DNA of 64,000 nucleotides from Auanema rhodensis (taxonomy: Eukaryota > Animalia > Nematoda), in the NCBI GenBank assembly GCA_964057225.1, contig OZ059897.1:4960001-5024000 (forward strand), written 5' to 3'. Numbering within the stretch: the stretch's first letter is position 1; each line of letters begins with the position of its first letter. The notes beneath the pieces were generated by a model that had not been told where the DNA came from, ran no database searches, and saw only the letters and a program-made list of their open reading frames with translations. A program made the translations under genes and the position numbers. Positions 1-12,381 of this stretch are shown piece by piece.

Positions 1-2731
1 CTAATATGGACATGGGGAAACTAATTTTGAAAACCGCATCTCTTTATCTTTCACGTGAAGCAAGTCACATACCAAGTGCACATCACGTGCACATTTAATT
101 AGCATAAATTAAAGTTCACGTAAATTTCAAACTCATGGTTACCATGCACCAATATCAATAAAAATTTGTTTTTAGACTAATATGGACATGGGGAATCTAA
201 TTTTGAAAACCGCATCTCTTTATCTTTCACGTGAAGTGAGTTACATACCAAGTGCACATCACGTGTACATTTAATTAGCATAAATTAAAGTTCACGTAAA
301 TTTCAAAGTCATGGTTACCATGCACCAATAACAATAAAAATTTGTTTTTAGACTAATATGGACATGGGGAATCTATTTTTGAAAACCGCATCTCTTTATC
401 TTTCACGTGAAGCGAGTTACATACCAAGTGCACATCACGTGTACATTTAATTAGCATAAAATAAAGTTCACGTAAATTTCAAAGTCATGGTTACCATGCA
501 CCAATATCAATAAAAATTTGTTTTTAGACTAATATGGACATGGGGAATCTAATTTTGAAAACCGCATCTCTTTATCTTTCACGTGAAGCGAGTTACATAC
601 CAAGTGCACATCACGTGTACATTTAATTAGCATAAATTAAAGTTCACGTAAATTTCAAAGTCATGGTTACCATGCACCAATATCAATAAAAATTTGTTTT
701 TAGACTAATATGGTCATGGGGAATCTAATTTTGAAAACCGCATCTCTTTATCTTTCACGTGAAGCAAGTCACATACCAAGTGCACATCACGTGCACATTT
801 AATTAGCATAAATTAAAGTTCACGTAAATTTCAAACTCATGGTTACCATGCATCAATATCAATAAAAATTTGTTTTTAGACTAATATGGACATGGGGAAT
901 CTAATTTTGAAAACCGCATCTCTTTATCTTTCACGTGAAGTGAGTTACATACCAAGTGCACATCACGTGTACATTTAATTAGCATAAATTAAAGTTCACG
1001 TAAATTTCAAAGTCATGGTTACCATGCACCAATAACAATAAAAATTTGTTTTTAGACTAATATGGACATGGGGAATCTAATTTTGAAAACCGCATCTCTT
1101 TATCTTTCACGTGAAGCGAGTTACATACCAAGTGCACATCACGTGTACATTTAATTAGCATAAATTAAAGTTCACGTAAATTTCAAAGTCATGGTTACCA
1201 TGCACCAATATCAATAAAAATTTGTTTTTAGACTAATATGGACATGTGGAATCTAATTTTGAAAACCGCATCTCTTTATCTTTCACGTGAAGCGAGTTAC
1301 ATACCAAGTGCACATCACGTGAACATTTAATTAGCATAAATTAAAGTTCACGTAAATTTCAAAGTCATGGTTACCATGCACCAATATCAATAAAAATTTG
1401 TTTTTAGACTAATATGGACATGGGGAATCTAATTTTGAAAACCGCATCTCTTTATCTTTCACGTGAAGTGAGTTACATACCAAGTGCACATCACGTGTAC
1501 ATTTAATTAGCATAAATTAAAGTTCACGTAAATTTCAAAGTCATGGTTACCATGCACCAATATCAATAAAAATTTGTTTTTAGACTAATATGGACATGGG
1601 GAATCTAATTTTGAAAACCGCATCTCTTTATCTTTCACGTGAAGCAAGTTACATACCAAGTGCACATCACGTGTACATTTAATTAGCATAAATTAAAGTT
1701 CACGTAAATTTCAAAGTCATGGTTACCATGCACCAATATCAATAAAAATTTGTTTTTAGACTAATATGGACATGGGGAATCTAATTTTGAAAACCGCATC
1801 TCTTTATCTTTCACGTGAAGCGAGTTACATACCAAGTGCACATCACGTGTACATTTAATTAGCATAAATTAAAGTTCACGTAAATTTCAAAGTCATGGTT
1901 ACCATGCACCAATATCAATAAAAATTTGTTTTTAGACTAATATGGACATGGGGAAACTAATTTTGAAAACCGCATCTCTTTATCTTTCACGTGAAGCAAG
2001 TCACATACCTAGTGCACATCACGTGCACATTTAATTAGCATAAATTAAAGTTCACGTAAATTTCAAACTCATGGTTACCATGCACCAATATCAATAAAAA
2101 TTTGTTTTTAGACTAATATGGACATGGGGAATCTAATTTTGAAAACCGCATCTCTTTATCTTTCACGTGAAGCGAGTTACATACCAAGTGCACAGCACGT
2201 GTACATTTAATTAGCATAAATTAAAGTTCACGTAAATTTCAAAGTCATGGTTACCATGCACCAATATCAATAAAAATTTGTTTTTAGACTAATATGGACA
2301 TGGGGAATCTAATTTTGAAAACCGCATCTCTTTATCTTTCACGTGAAGCGAGTTACATACCAAGTGCACATTACGTGTACATTTAATTAGCATAAATTAA
2401 AGTTCACGTAAATTTCAAAGTCATGGTTACCATGCACCAATATCAATAAAAATTTGTTTTTAGACTAATATGGACATGGGGAAACTAATTTTGAAAACCG
2501 CATCTCTTTATCTTTCACGTGAAGCAAGTCACATACCTAGTGCACATCACGTGCACATTTAATTAGCATAAATTAAAGTTCACGTAAATTTCAAAGTCAT
2601 GGTTACCATGCACCAATATCAATAAAAATTTGTTTTTAGACTAATATGGACATGAGGAATCTAATTTTGAAAACCGCATCTCTTTATCTTTCACGTGAAG
2701 CAAGTTACATACCAAGTGCACAGCACGTGTA

Positions 2732-5700
2732 CATTTAATTAGCATAAATTAAAGTTCACGTAAATTTCAAAGTCATGGTTACCATGCACCAATATCAATA
2801 AAAATTTGTTTTTAGACTAATATGGACATGAGGAATCTAATTTTGAAAACCGCATCTCTTTATCTTTCACGTGAAGCGAGTTACATACCAAGTGCACAGC
2901 ACGTGTACATTTAATTAGCATAAATTAAAGTTCACGTAAATTTCAAAGTCATGGTTACCATGCACCAATATCAATAAAAATTTGTTTTTAGACTAATATG
3001 GACATGGGGAATCTAATTTTGAAAACCGCATCTCTTTATCTTTCACGTGAAGCGAGTTACATACCAAGTGCACAGCACGTGTACATTTAATTAGCATAAA
3101 TTAAAGTTCACGTAAATTTCAAAGTCATGGTTACCATGCACCAATATCAATAAAAATTTGTTTTTAGACTAATATGGACATGGGGAATCTAATTTTGAAA
3201 ACCGCATCTCTTTATCTTTCACGTGAAGCGAGTTACATACCAAGTGCACATTACGTGTACATTTAATTAGCATAAATTAAAGTTCACGTAAATTTCAAAG
3301 TCATGGTTACCATGCACCAATATCAATAAAAATTTGTTTTTAGACTAATATGGACATGGGGAATCTAATTTTGAAAACCGCATCTCTTTATCTTTCACGT
3401 GAAGCGAGTTACATACCAAGTGCACATCACGTGTACATTTAGTTAGCATAAATTAAAGTTCACGTAAATTTCAAAGTCATGGTTACCATGCACCAATATC
3501 AATAAAAATTTGATTTTAGACTAATATGGACATGGGGAATCTAATTTTGAAAACAGCATCTCTTTATCTTTCACGTGAAGCGAGTTACATACCAAGTGCA
3601 CATCACGTGTACATTTAGTTAGCATAAATTAAAGTTCACGTAAATTTCAAAGTCATGGTTACCATGCACCAATATCAATAAAAATTTGATTTTAGACTAA
3701 TATGGACATGGGGAATCTAATTTTGAAAACCGCATCTCTTTATCTTTCACGTGAAGCGAGTTACATACCAAGTGCACATCACGTGTACATTTAATTAGCA
3801 TAAATTAAAGTTCACGTAAATTTCAAAGTCATGGTTACCATGCACCAATATCAATAAAAATTTGTTTTTAGACTAATATGGACATGGGGAATCTAATTTT
3901 GAAAACCGCATCTCTTTATCTTTCACGTGAAGCAAGTTACATACCAAGTGCACATCACGTGTACATTTAATTAGCATAAATTAAAGTTCACGTAAATTTC
4001 AAAGTCATGGTTACCATGCACCAATATCAATAAAAATTTGTTTTTAGACTAATATGGACATGGGAAATCTAATTTTGAAAACCGCATCTCTTTATCTTTC
4101 ACGTGAAGCAAGTTACATACCAAGTGCACAGCACGTGTACATTTAATTAGCATAAATTAAAGTTCACGTAAATTTCAAAGTCATGGTTACCATGCACCAA
4201 TATCAATAAAAATTTGTTTTTAGACTAATATGGACATGAGGAATCTAATTTTGAAAACCGCATCTCTTTATCTTTCACGTGAAGCGAGTTACATACCAAG
4301 TGCACATCACGTGTACATTTAATCAGCCTAAATTAAAGTTCACGTAAATTTCAAACTCATGGTTACCATGCACCAATATCAATAAAAATTTGTTTTTAGA
4401 CTAATATGGACATGGGGAATCTAATTTTGAAAACCGCATCTCTTTATCTTTCACGTGAAGTGAGTTACATACCAAGTGCACAGCACGTGTACATTTAATT
4501 AGCATAAATTAAAGTTCACGTAAATTTCAAAGTCATGGTTACCATGCACCAATATCAATAAAAATTTGTTTTTAGACTAATATGGACATGGGGAATCTAA
4601 TTTTGAAAACCGCATCTCTTTATCTTTCACGTGAAGCAAGTTACATACCAAGTGCACATCACGTGTACATTTAATTAGCATAAATTAAAGTTCACGTAAA
4701 TTTCAAAGTCATGGTTACCATGCACCAATATCAATAAAAATTTGTTTTTAGACTAATATGGACATGGGGAATCTAATTTTGAAAACCGCATCTCTTTATC
4801 TTTCACGTGAAGCAAGTTACATACCAAGTGCACATCACGTGTACATTTAATTAGCATAAATTAAAGTTCACGTAAATTTCAAAGTCATGGTTACCATGCA
4901 CCAATATCAATAAAAATTTGTTTTTAGACTAATATGGACATGGGGAATCTAATTTTGAAAACCGCATCTCTTTATCTTTCACGTGAAGCGAGTTACATAC
5001 CAAGTGCACATCACGTGTACATTTAATTAGCATAAATTAAAGTTCACGTAAATTTCAAAGTCATGGTTACCATGCACCAATATCAATAAAAATTTGTTTT
5101 TAGACTAATATGGACATGGGGAAACTAATTTTGAAAACCGCATCTCTTTATCTTTCACGTGAAGCAAGTCACATACCAAGTGCACATCACGTGCACATTT
5201 AATTAGCATAAATTAAAGTTCACGTAAATTTCAAACTCATGGTTACCATGCACCAATATCAATAAAAATTTGTTTTTAGACTAATATGGACATGAGGAAT
5301 CTAATTTTGAAAACCGCATCTCTTTATCTTTCACGTGAAGCAAGTTACACACCAAGTGCACAGCACGTGTTCATTTAATTAGCATAAATTAAAGTTCACG
5401 TAAATTTCAAAGTCATGGTTACCATGCACCAATATCAATAAAAATTTGTTTTTAGACTAATATGGACATGAGGAATCTAATTTTGAAAACCGCATCTCTT
5501 TATCTTTCACGTGAAGCGAGTTACATACCAAGTGCACAGCACGTGTACATTTAATTAGCATAAATTAAAGTTCACGTAAATTTCAAAGTCATGGTTACCA
5601 TGCACCAATATCAATAAAAATTTGTTTTTAGACTAATATGGACATGGGGAATCTAATTTTGAAAACCGCATCTCTTTATCTTTCACGTGAAGCGAGTTAC

Positions 5701-8110
5701 ATACCAAGTGCACAGCACGTGTACATTTAATTAGCATAAATTAAAGTTCACGTAAATTTCAAAGTCATGGTTACCATGCACCAATATCAATAAAAATTTG
5801 TTTTTAGACTAATATGGACATGGGGAATCTAATTTTGAAAACCGCATCTCTTTATCTTTCACGTGAAGCGAGTTACATACCAAGTGCACATTACGTGTAC
5901 ATTTAATTAGCATAAATTAAAGTTCACGTAAATTTCAAAGTCATGGTTACCATGCACCAATATCAATAAAAATTTGTTTTTAGACTAATATGGACATGGG
6001 GAATCTAATTTTGAAAACCGCATCTCTTTATCTTTCACGTGAAGCGAGTTACATACCAAGTGCACATCACGTGTACATTTAGTTAGCATAAATTAAAGTT
6101 CACGTAAATTTCAAAGTCATGGTTACCATGCACCAATATCAATAAAAATTTGATTTTAGACTAATATGGACATGGGGAATCTAATTTTGAAAACAGCATC
6201 TCTTTATCTTTCACGTGAAGCGAGTTACATACCAAGTGCACATCACGTGTACATTTAGTTAGCATAAATTAAAGTTCACGTAAATTTCAAAGTCATGGTT
6301 ACCATGCACCAATATCAATAAAAATTTGATTTTAGACTAATATGGACATGGGGAATCTAATTTTGAAAACCGCATCTCTTTATCTTTCACGTGAAGCGAG
6401 TTACATACCAAGTGCACATCACGTGTACATTTAATTAGCATAAATTAAAGTTCACGTAAATTTCAAAGTCATGGTTACCATGCACCAATATCAATAAAAA
6501 TTTGTTTTTAGACTAATATGGACATGGGGAATCTAATTTTGAAAACCGCATCTCTTTATCTTTCACGTGAAGCAAGTTACATACCAAGTGCACATCACGT
6601 GTACATTTAATTAGCATAAATTAAAGTTCACGTAAATTTCAAAGTCATGGTTACCATGCACCAATATCAATAAAAATTTGTTTTTAGACTAATATGGACA
6701 TGGGAAATCTAATTTTGAAAACCGCATCTCTTTATCTTTCACGTGAAGCAAGTTACATACCAAGTGCACAGCACGTGTACATTTAATTAGCATAAATTAA
6801 AGTTCACGTAAATTTCAAAGTCATGGTTACCATGCACCAATATCAATAAAAATTTGTTTTTAGACTAATATGGACATGAGGAATCTAATTTTGAAAACCG
6901 CATCTCTTTATCTTTCACGTGAAGCGAGTTACATACCAAGTGCACATCACGTGTACATTTAATCAGCCTAAATTAAAGTTCACGTAAATTTCAAACTCAT
7001 GGTTACCATGCACCAATATCAATAAAAATTTGTTTTTAGACTAATATGGACATGGGGAATCTAATTTTGAAAACCGCATCTCTTTATCTTTCACGTGAAG
7101 TGAGTTACATACCAAGTGCACAGCACGTGTACATTTAATTAGCATAAATTAAAGTTCACGTAAATTTCAAAGTCATGGTTACCATGCACCAATATCAATA
7201 AAAATTTGTTTTTAGACTAATATGGACATGGGGAATCTAATTTTGAAAACCGCATCTCTTTATCTTTCACGTGAAGCAAGTTACATACCAAGTGCACATC
7301 ACGTGTACATTTAATTAGCATAAATTAAAGTTCACGTAAATTTCAAAGTCATGGTTACCATGCACCAATATCAATAAAAATTTGTTTTTAGACTAATATG
7401 GACATGGGGAATCTAATTTTGAAAACCGCATCTCTTTATCTTTCACGTGAAGCAAGTTACATACCAAGTGCACATCACGTGTACATTTAATTAGCATAAA
7501 TTAAAGTTCACGTAAATTTCAAAGTCATGGTTACCATGCACCAATATCAATAAAAATTTGTTTTTAGACTAATATGGACATGGGGAATCTAATTTTGAAA
7601 ACCGCATCTCTTTATCTTTCACGTGAAGCGAGTTACATACCAAGTGCACATCACGTGTACATTTAATTAGCATAAATTAAAGTTCACGTAAATTTCAAAG
7701 TCATGGTTACCATGCACCAATATCAATAAAAATTTGTTTTTAGACTAATATGGACATGGGGAAACTAATTTTGAAAACCGCATCTCTTTATCTTTCACGT
7801 GAAGCAAGTCACATACCAAGTGCACATCACGTGCACATTTAATTAGCATAAATTAAAGTTCACGTAAATTTCAAACTCATGGTTACCATGCACCAATATC
7901 AATAAAAATTTGTTTTTAGACTAATATGGACATGAGGAATCTAATTTTGAAAACCGCATCTCTTTATCTTTCACGTGAAGCAAGTTACACACCAAGTGCA
8001 CAGCACGTGTTCATTTAATTAGCATAAATTAAAGTTCACGTAAATTTCAAAGTCATGGTTACCATGCACCAATATCAATAAAAATTTGTTTTTAGACTAA
8101 TATGGACATG
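2732..8110. repeat. Recent tandem duplication of a 15-monomer (2640-bp) block
   Basis: Private variants recur at exactly +2640: tttagtt (3441/6081), tgattttaga (3511/6151), aaacagcatc (3551/6191), aatcagccta (4321/6961), ttacac...gtgttcat (monomers 5281/7921). Identity starts after 2731/5371 and ends at 5471/8111. Confidence 0.92.
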
Positions 8111-10208
8111 GGGAAACTAATTTTGAAAACCGCATCTCTTTATCTTTCACGTGAAGCGAGTTACATACCAAGTGCACAGCACGTGTACATTTAATTAGCA
8201 TAAATTAAAGTTCACGTAAATTTCAAAGTCATGGTTACCATGCACCAATATCAATAAAAATTTGTTTTTAGACTAATATGGACATGGGGAATCTAATTTT
8301 GAAAACCGCATCTCTTTATCTTTCACGTGAAGCGAGTTACATACCAAGTGCACAGCACGTGTACATTTAATTAGCATAAATTAAAGTTCACGTAAATTTC
8401 AAAGTCATGGTTACCATGCACCAATATCAATAAAAATTTGTTTTTAGACTAATATGGACATGGGGAATCTAATTTTGAAAACCGCATCTCTTTATCTTTC
8501 ACGTGAAGCGAGTTACATACCAAGTGCACATCACGGGTACATTTAATTAGCATAAATTAAAGTTCACGTAAATTTCAAAGTCATGGTTACCATGCACCAA
8601 TATCAATAAAAATTTGTTTTTAGACTAATATGGACATGGGGAATCTAATTTTGAAAACCGCATCTCTTTATCTTTCACGTGAAGCGAGTTACATACCAAG
8701 TGCACATCACGTGTACATTTAATTAGCATAAATTAAAGTTCACGTAAATTTCAAAGTCATGGTTACCATGCACCAATATCAATAAAAATTTGTTTTTAGA
8801 CTAATATGGACATGGGGAATCTAATTTTGAAAACCGCATCTCTTTATCTTTCACGTGAAGCAAGTTACATACCAAGTGCACATCACGTGTACATTTAATT
8901 AGCATAAATTAAAGTTCACGTAAATTTCAAAGTCATGGTTACCATGCACCAATATCAATAAAAATTCGTTTTTAGACTAATATGGACATGGGGAATCTAA
9001 TTGTGAAAACCGCATCTCTTTATCTTTCACGTGAAGTGAGTTACATACCAAGTGCACATCACGTGCACATTTAATTAGCATAAATTAAAGTTCACGTAAA
9101 TTTCAAACTCATGGTTACCATGCACCAATATCAATAAAAATTTGTTTTTAGACTAATATGGACATGGGGAATCTAATTTTGAAAACCGCATCTCTTTATC
9201 TTTCACGTGAAGCGAGTTACATACCAAGTGCACATCACGTGTACATTTAATTAGCATAAATTAAAGTTCACGTAAATTTCAAAGTCATGGTTACCATGCA
9301 CCAATATCAATAAAAATTTGTTTTTAGACTAATATGGACATGGGGAATCTAATTTTGAAAACCGCATCTCTTTATCTTTCACGTGAAGCAAGTTACATAC
9401 CAAGTGCACATCACGTGCACATTTAATTAGCATAAATTAAAGTTCACGTAAATTTCAAAGTCATGGTTACCATGCACCAATATCAATAAAAATTTGTTTT
9501 TAGACTAATATGCACATGGGGAATCTAATTTCAAAAACCGCATCTCTTTATCTTTCACGTGAAGCAAGTTACGAACCAAGTGCACAGCACGTGTACATTT
9601 GATTAGCATAAATTAAAGTTCACGTAAATTTCAAAGTCATGGTTACCATGCACTAATATCAATAAAAATTTGTTTTTAGACTAATATGGACATGGGGAAT
9701 CTAATTTTGAAAACCGCATCTCTTTATCTTTCACGTGAAGCGAGTTACATACCAAGCGCACATCACGTGTACATTTAATTAGCATAAATTAAAGTTCACG
9801 TAAATTTCAAAGTCATGGTTACCATGCACCAATATCAATAAAAATTTGTTTTTAGACTAATATGCACATGGGGAATCTAATTTTAAAAACCGCATCTCTT
9901 TATCTTTCACGTGAAGTGAGTTACATACCAAGTGCACAGCACGTGTACATTTAATTAGCATAAATTAAAGTTCACGTAAATTTCAAAGTCATGGTTACCA
10001 TGCACTAATATCAATGAAAATTTGTTTTTAGACTAATATGGACATGGGGAATCTAATTTTGAAAACCGCATCTCTTTATCTTTCACGTGAAGCAAGTTAC
10101 ATACCAAGTGCATATCACGTGCACATTTAATTAGCATAAATTAAAGTTCACGTAAATTTCAAACTCATGGTTACCATGCACCAATATCAATAAAAATTTG
10201 TTTTTAGA

Positions 10209-11264
10209 CTAATATGGACATGGGGAATCTAATTTTGAAAACCGCATCTCTTTATCTTTCACGTGAAGTGAGTTACATACCAAGTGCACATCACGTGTAC
10301 ATTTAATTAGCATAAATTAAAGTTCACGTAAATTTCAAAGTCATGGTTACCATGCACCAATATCAATAAAAATTTGTTTTTAGACTAATATGGACATGGG
10401 GAATCTAATTTTGAAAACCGCATCTCTTTATCTTTCACGTGAAGCAAGTTACATACCAAGTGCATAGCACGTGTACATTTAATTAGCATAAATTAAAGTT
10501 CACGTAAATTTCAAAGTCATGGTTACCATGCACCAATATCAATAAAAATTTGTTTTTAGACTAATATGGACATGGGGAATCTAATTGTGAAAACCGCATC
10601 TCTTTCTCTTTCACGTGAAGCGAGTTACATACCAAGTGCACATCACGTGTACATTTAATTAACATAAATTAAAGTTCACGTAAATTTCAAACTCATGGTT
10701 ACCATGCACCAATATCAATAAAAATTTGTTTTTAGACTAATATGGACATGGGGAATCTAATTTTGAAAACCGCATCTCTTTATCTTTCACGTGAAGTGAG
10801 TTACATACCAAGTGCACATCACGTGTACATTTAATTAGCATAAATTAAAGTTCACGTAAATTTCAAAGTCATGGTTACCATGCACCAATATCAATAAAAA
10901 TTTGTTTTTAGACTAATATGGACATGGGGAATCTAATTTTGAAAACCGCATCTCTTTATCTTTCACGTGAAGCAAGTTACATACCAAGTGCATAGCACGT
11001 GTACATTTAATTAGCATAAATTAAAGTTCACGTAAATTTCAAAGTCATGGTTACCATGCACCAATATCAATAAAAATTTGTTTTTAGACTAATATGGACA
11101 TGGGGAATCTAATTGTGAAAACCGCATCTCTTTCTCTTTCACGTGAAGCGAGTTACATACCAAGTGCACATCACGTGTACATTTAATTAACATAAATTAA
11201 AGTTCACGTAAATTTCAAACTCATGGTTACCATGCACCAATATCAATAAAAATTTGTTTTTAGA
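10209..11264. repeat. 3-monomer (528-bp) tandem duplication
   Basis: The triplet [tgag][caag+gcatagc][ttgtga+tctttctctt+taacata+aaactc] starts at 10209 and again at 10737. Confidence 0.88.
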
Positions 11265-12320
11265 CTAATATGGACATGGGGAATCTAATTTTGAAAACCG
11301 CATCTCTTTATCTTTCACGTGAAGTGGGTTACATACCAAGTGCACATCACGTGTACATTTAATTAGCATAAATTAAAGTTAACGTAAATTTCAAAGTCAT
11401 GGTTACCATGCACCAATATCAATAAAAATTTGTTTTTAGACTAATATGGACATGGGGAATCTAATTTTGAAAACCGCATCTCTTTATCTTTCACGTGAAG
11501 CGAGTTACATACCAAGTGCACATCACGTGTACATTTAATTAGCATAAATTAAAGTTCACGTAAATTTCAAAGTCATGGTTACCATGCACCAATATCAATA
11601 AAAATTTGTTTTTAGACTAATATGGACATGGGGAATCTGATATTGAAAACCGCATCTCTTTATCTTTCACGTGAAGCAAGTTACATCCCAAGTGCACATC
11701 ACGTGTACATTTAATTAGCATAAATTAAAGTTCACGTAAATTTCAAAGTCATGGTTACCATGCACCAATATCAATAAAAATTTGTTTTTAGACTAATATG
11801 GATATGGGGAATCTAATTTTGAAAACCGCATCTCTTTATCTTTCACGTGAAGCGAGTTACATACCAAGTGCACATCACGTGTACATTTAATCAGCATAAA
11901 TTAAAGTTCACGTAAATTTCAAACTCATGGTTACCATGCACCAATATCAATAAAAATTTGTTTTTAGACTAATATGGACATGGGGAATCTAATTGTGAAA
12001 ACCGCATCTCTTTATCTTTCACGTGAAGCGAGTTACATACCAAGTGCACATCACGTGTACATTTAATTAACATAAATTAAAGTTCACGTAAATTTCAAAC
12101 TCATGGTTACTATGCACCAATATCAATAAAAATTTGTTTTTAGACTAATATGGACATGGGGAATCTAATTTTGAAAACCACATCTCTTTATCTTTCACGT
12201 GAAGTGGGTTACATACCAAGTGCACATCACGTGTACATTTAATTAGCATAAATTAAAGTTCACGTAAATTTCAAAGTCATGGTTACCATGCACCAATATC
12301 AATAAAAATTTGTTTTTAGA

Positions 12321-12381
12321 CTAATATGGACATGGGGAATCTAATTTTGAAAACCAATATCAATAACAATTTGTTTTTAGA
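12321..12381. repeat. Truncated 61-bp monomer (115 bp missing internally), copy 1
   Basis: ctaatatggacatggggaatctaattttgaaaACCAatatcaataacaatttgtttttaga; the next monomer starts at 12382. Confidence 0.95.

Noticed and set aside
1-176. Assignment to known satellites of similar length (Brassica CentBr, Arabidopsis CEN178, honeybee AluI, primate alpha satellite)
   Set aside because: The consensus lacks AAGCTT (HindIII) and AGCT (AluI) sites and a recognisable CENP-B box, and does not resemble those sequences as I recall them. Length alone is not diagnostic; a database search is needed.
534-626. 30-codon ORF in each monomer (MDMGNLILKTASLYLSREASYIPSAHHVYI*), monomer positions 6-98
   Set aside because: Short, flanked by stops and resembling no protein I recognise. 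The 176-bp period is not a multiple of 3, so no repeat-protein frame runs through the array. An ORF this size is expected by chance.
640-680. tRNA-, SINE- or 5S-like unit suggested by gttcacg and ...gcacca
   Set aside because: No cloverleaf, no proper A and B boxes (GTTCRANNC not matched), and no similarity to 5S rRNA.
684-690. AATAAA polyadenylation-like signal in each monomer
   Set aside because: Expected by chance in 68% AT sequence, with no transcript or gene context.
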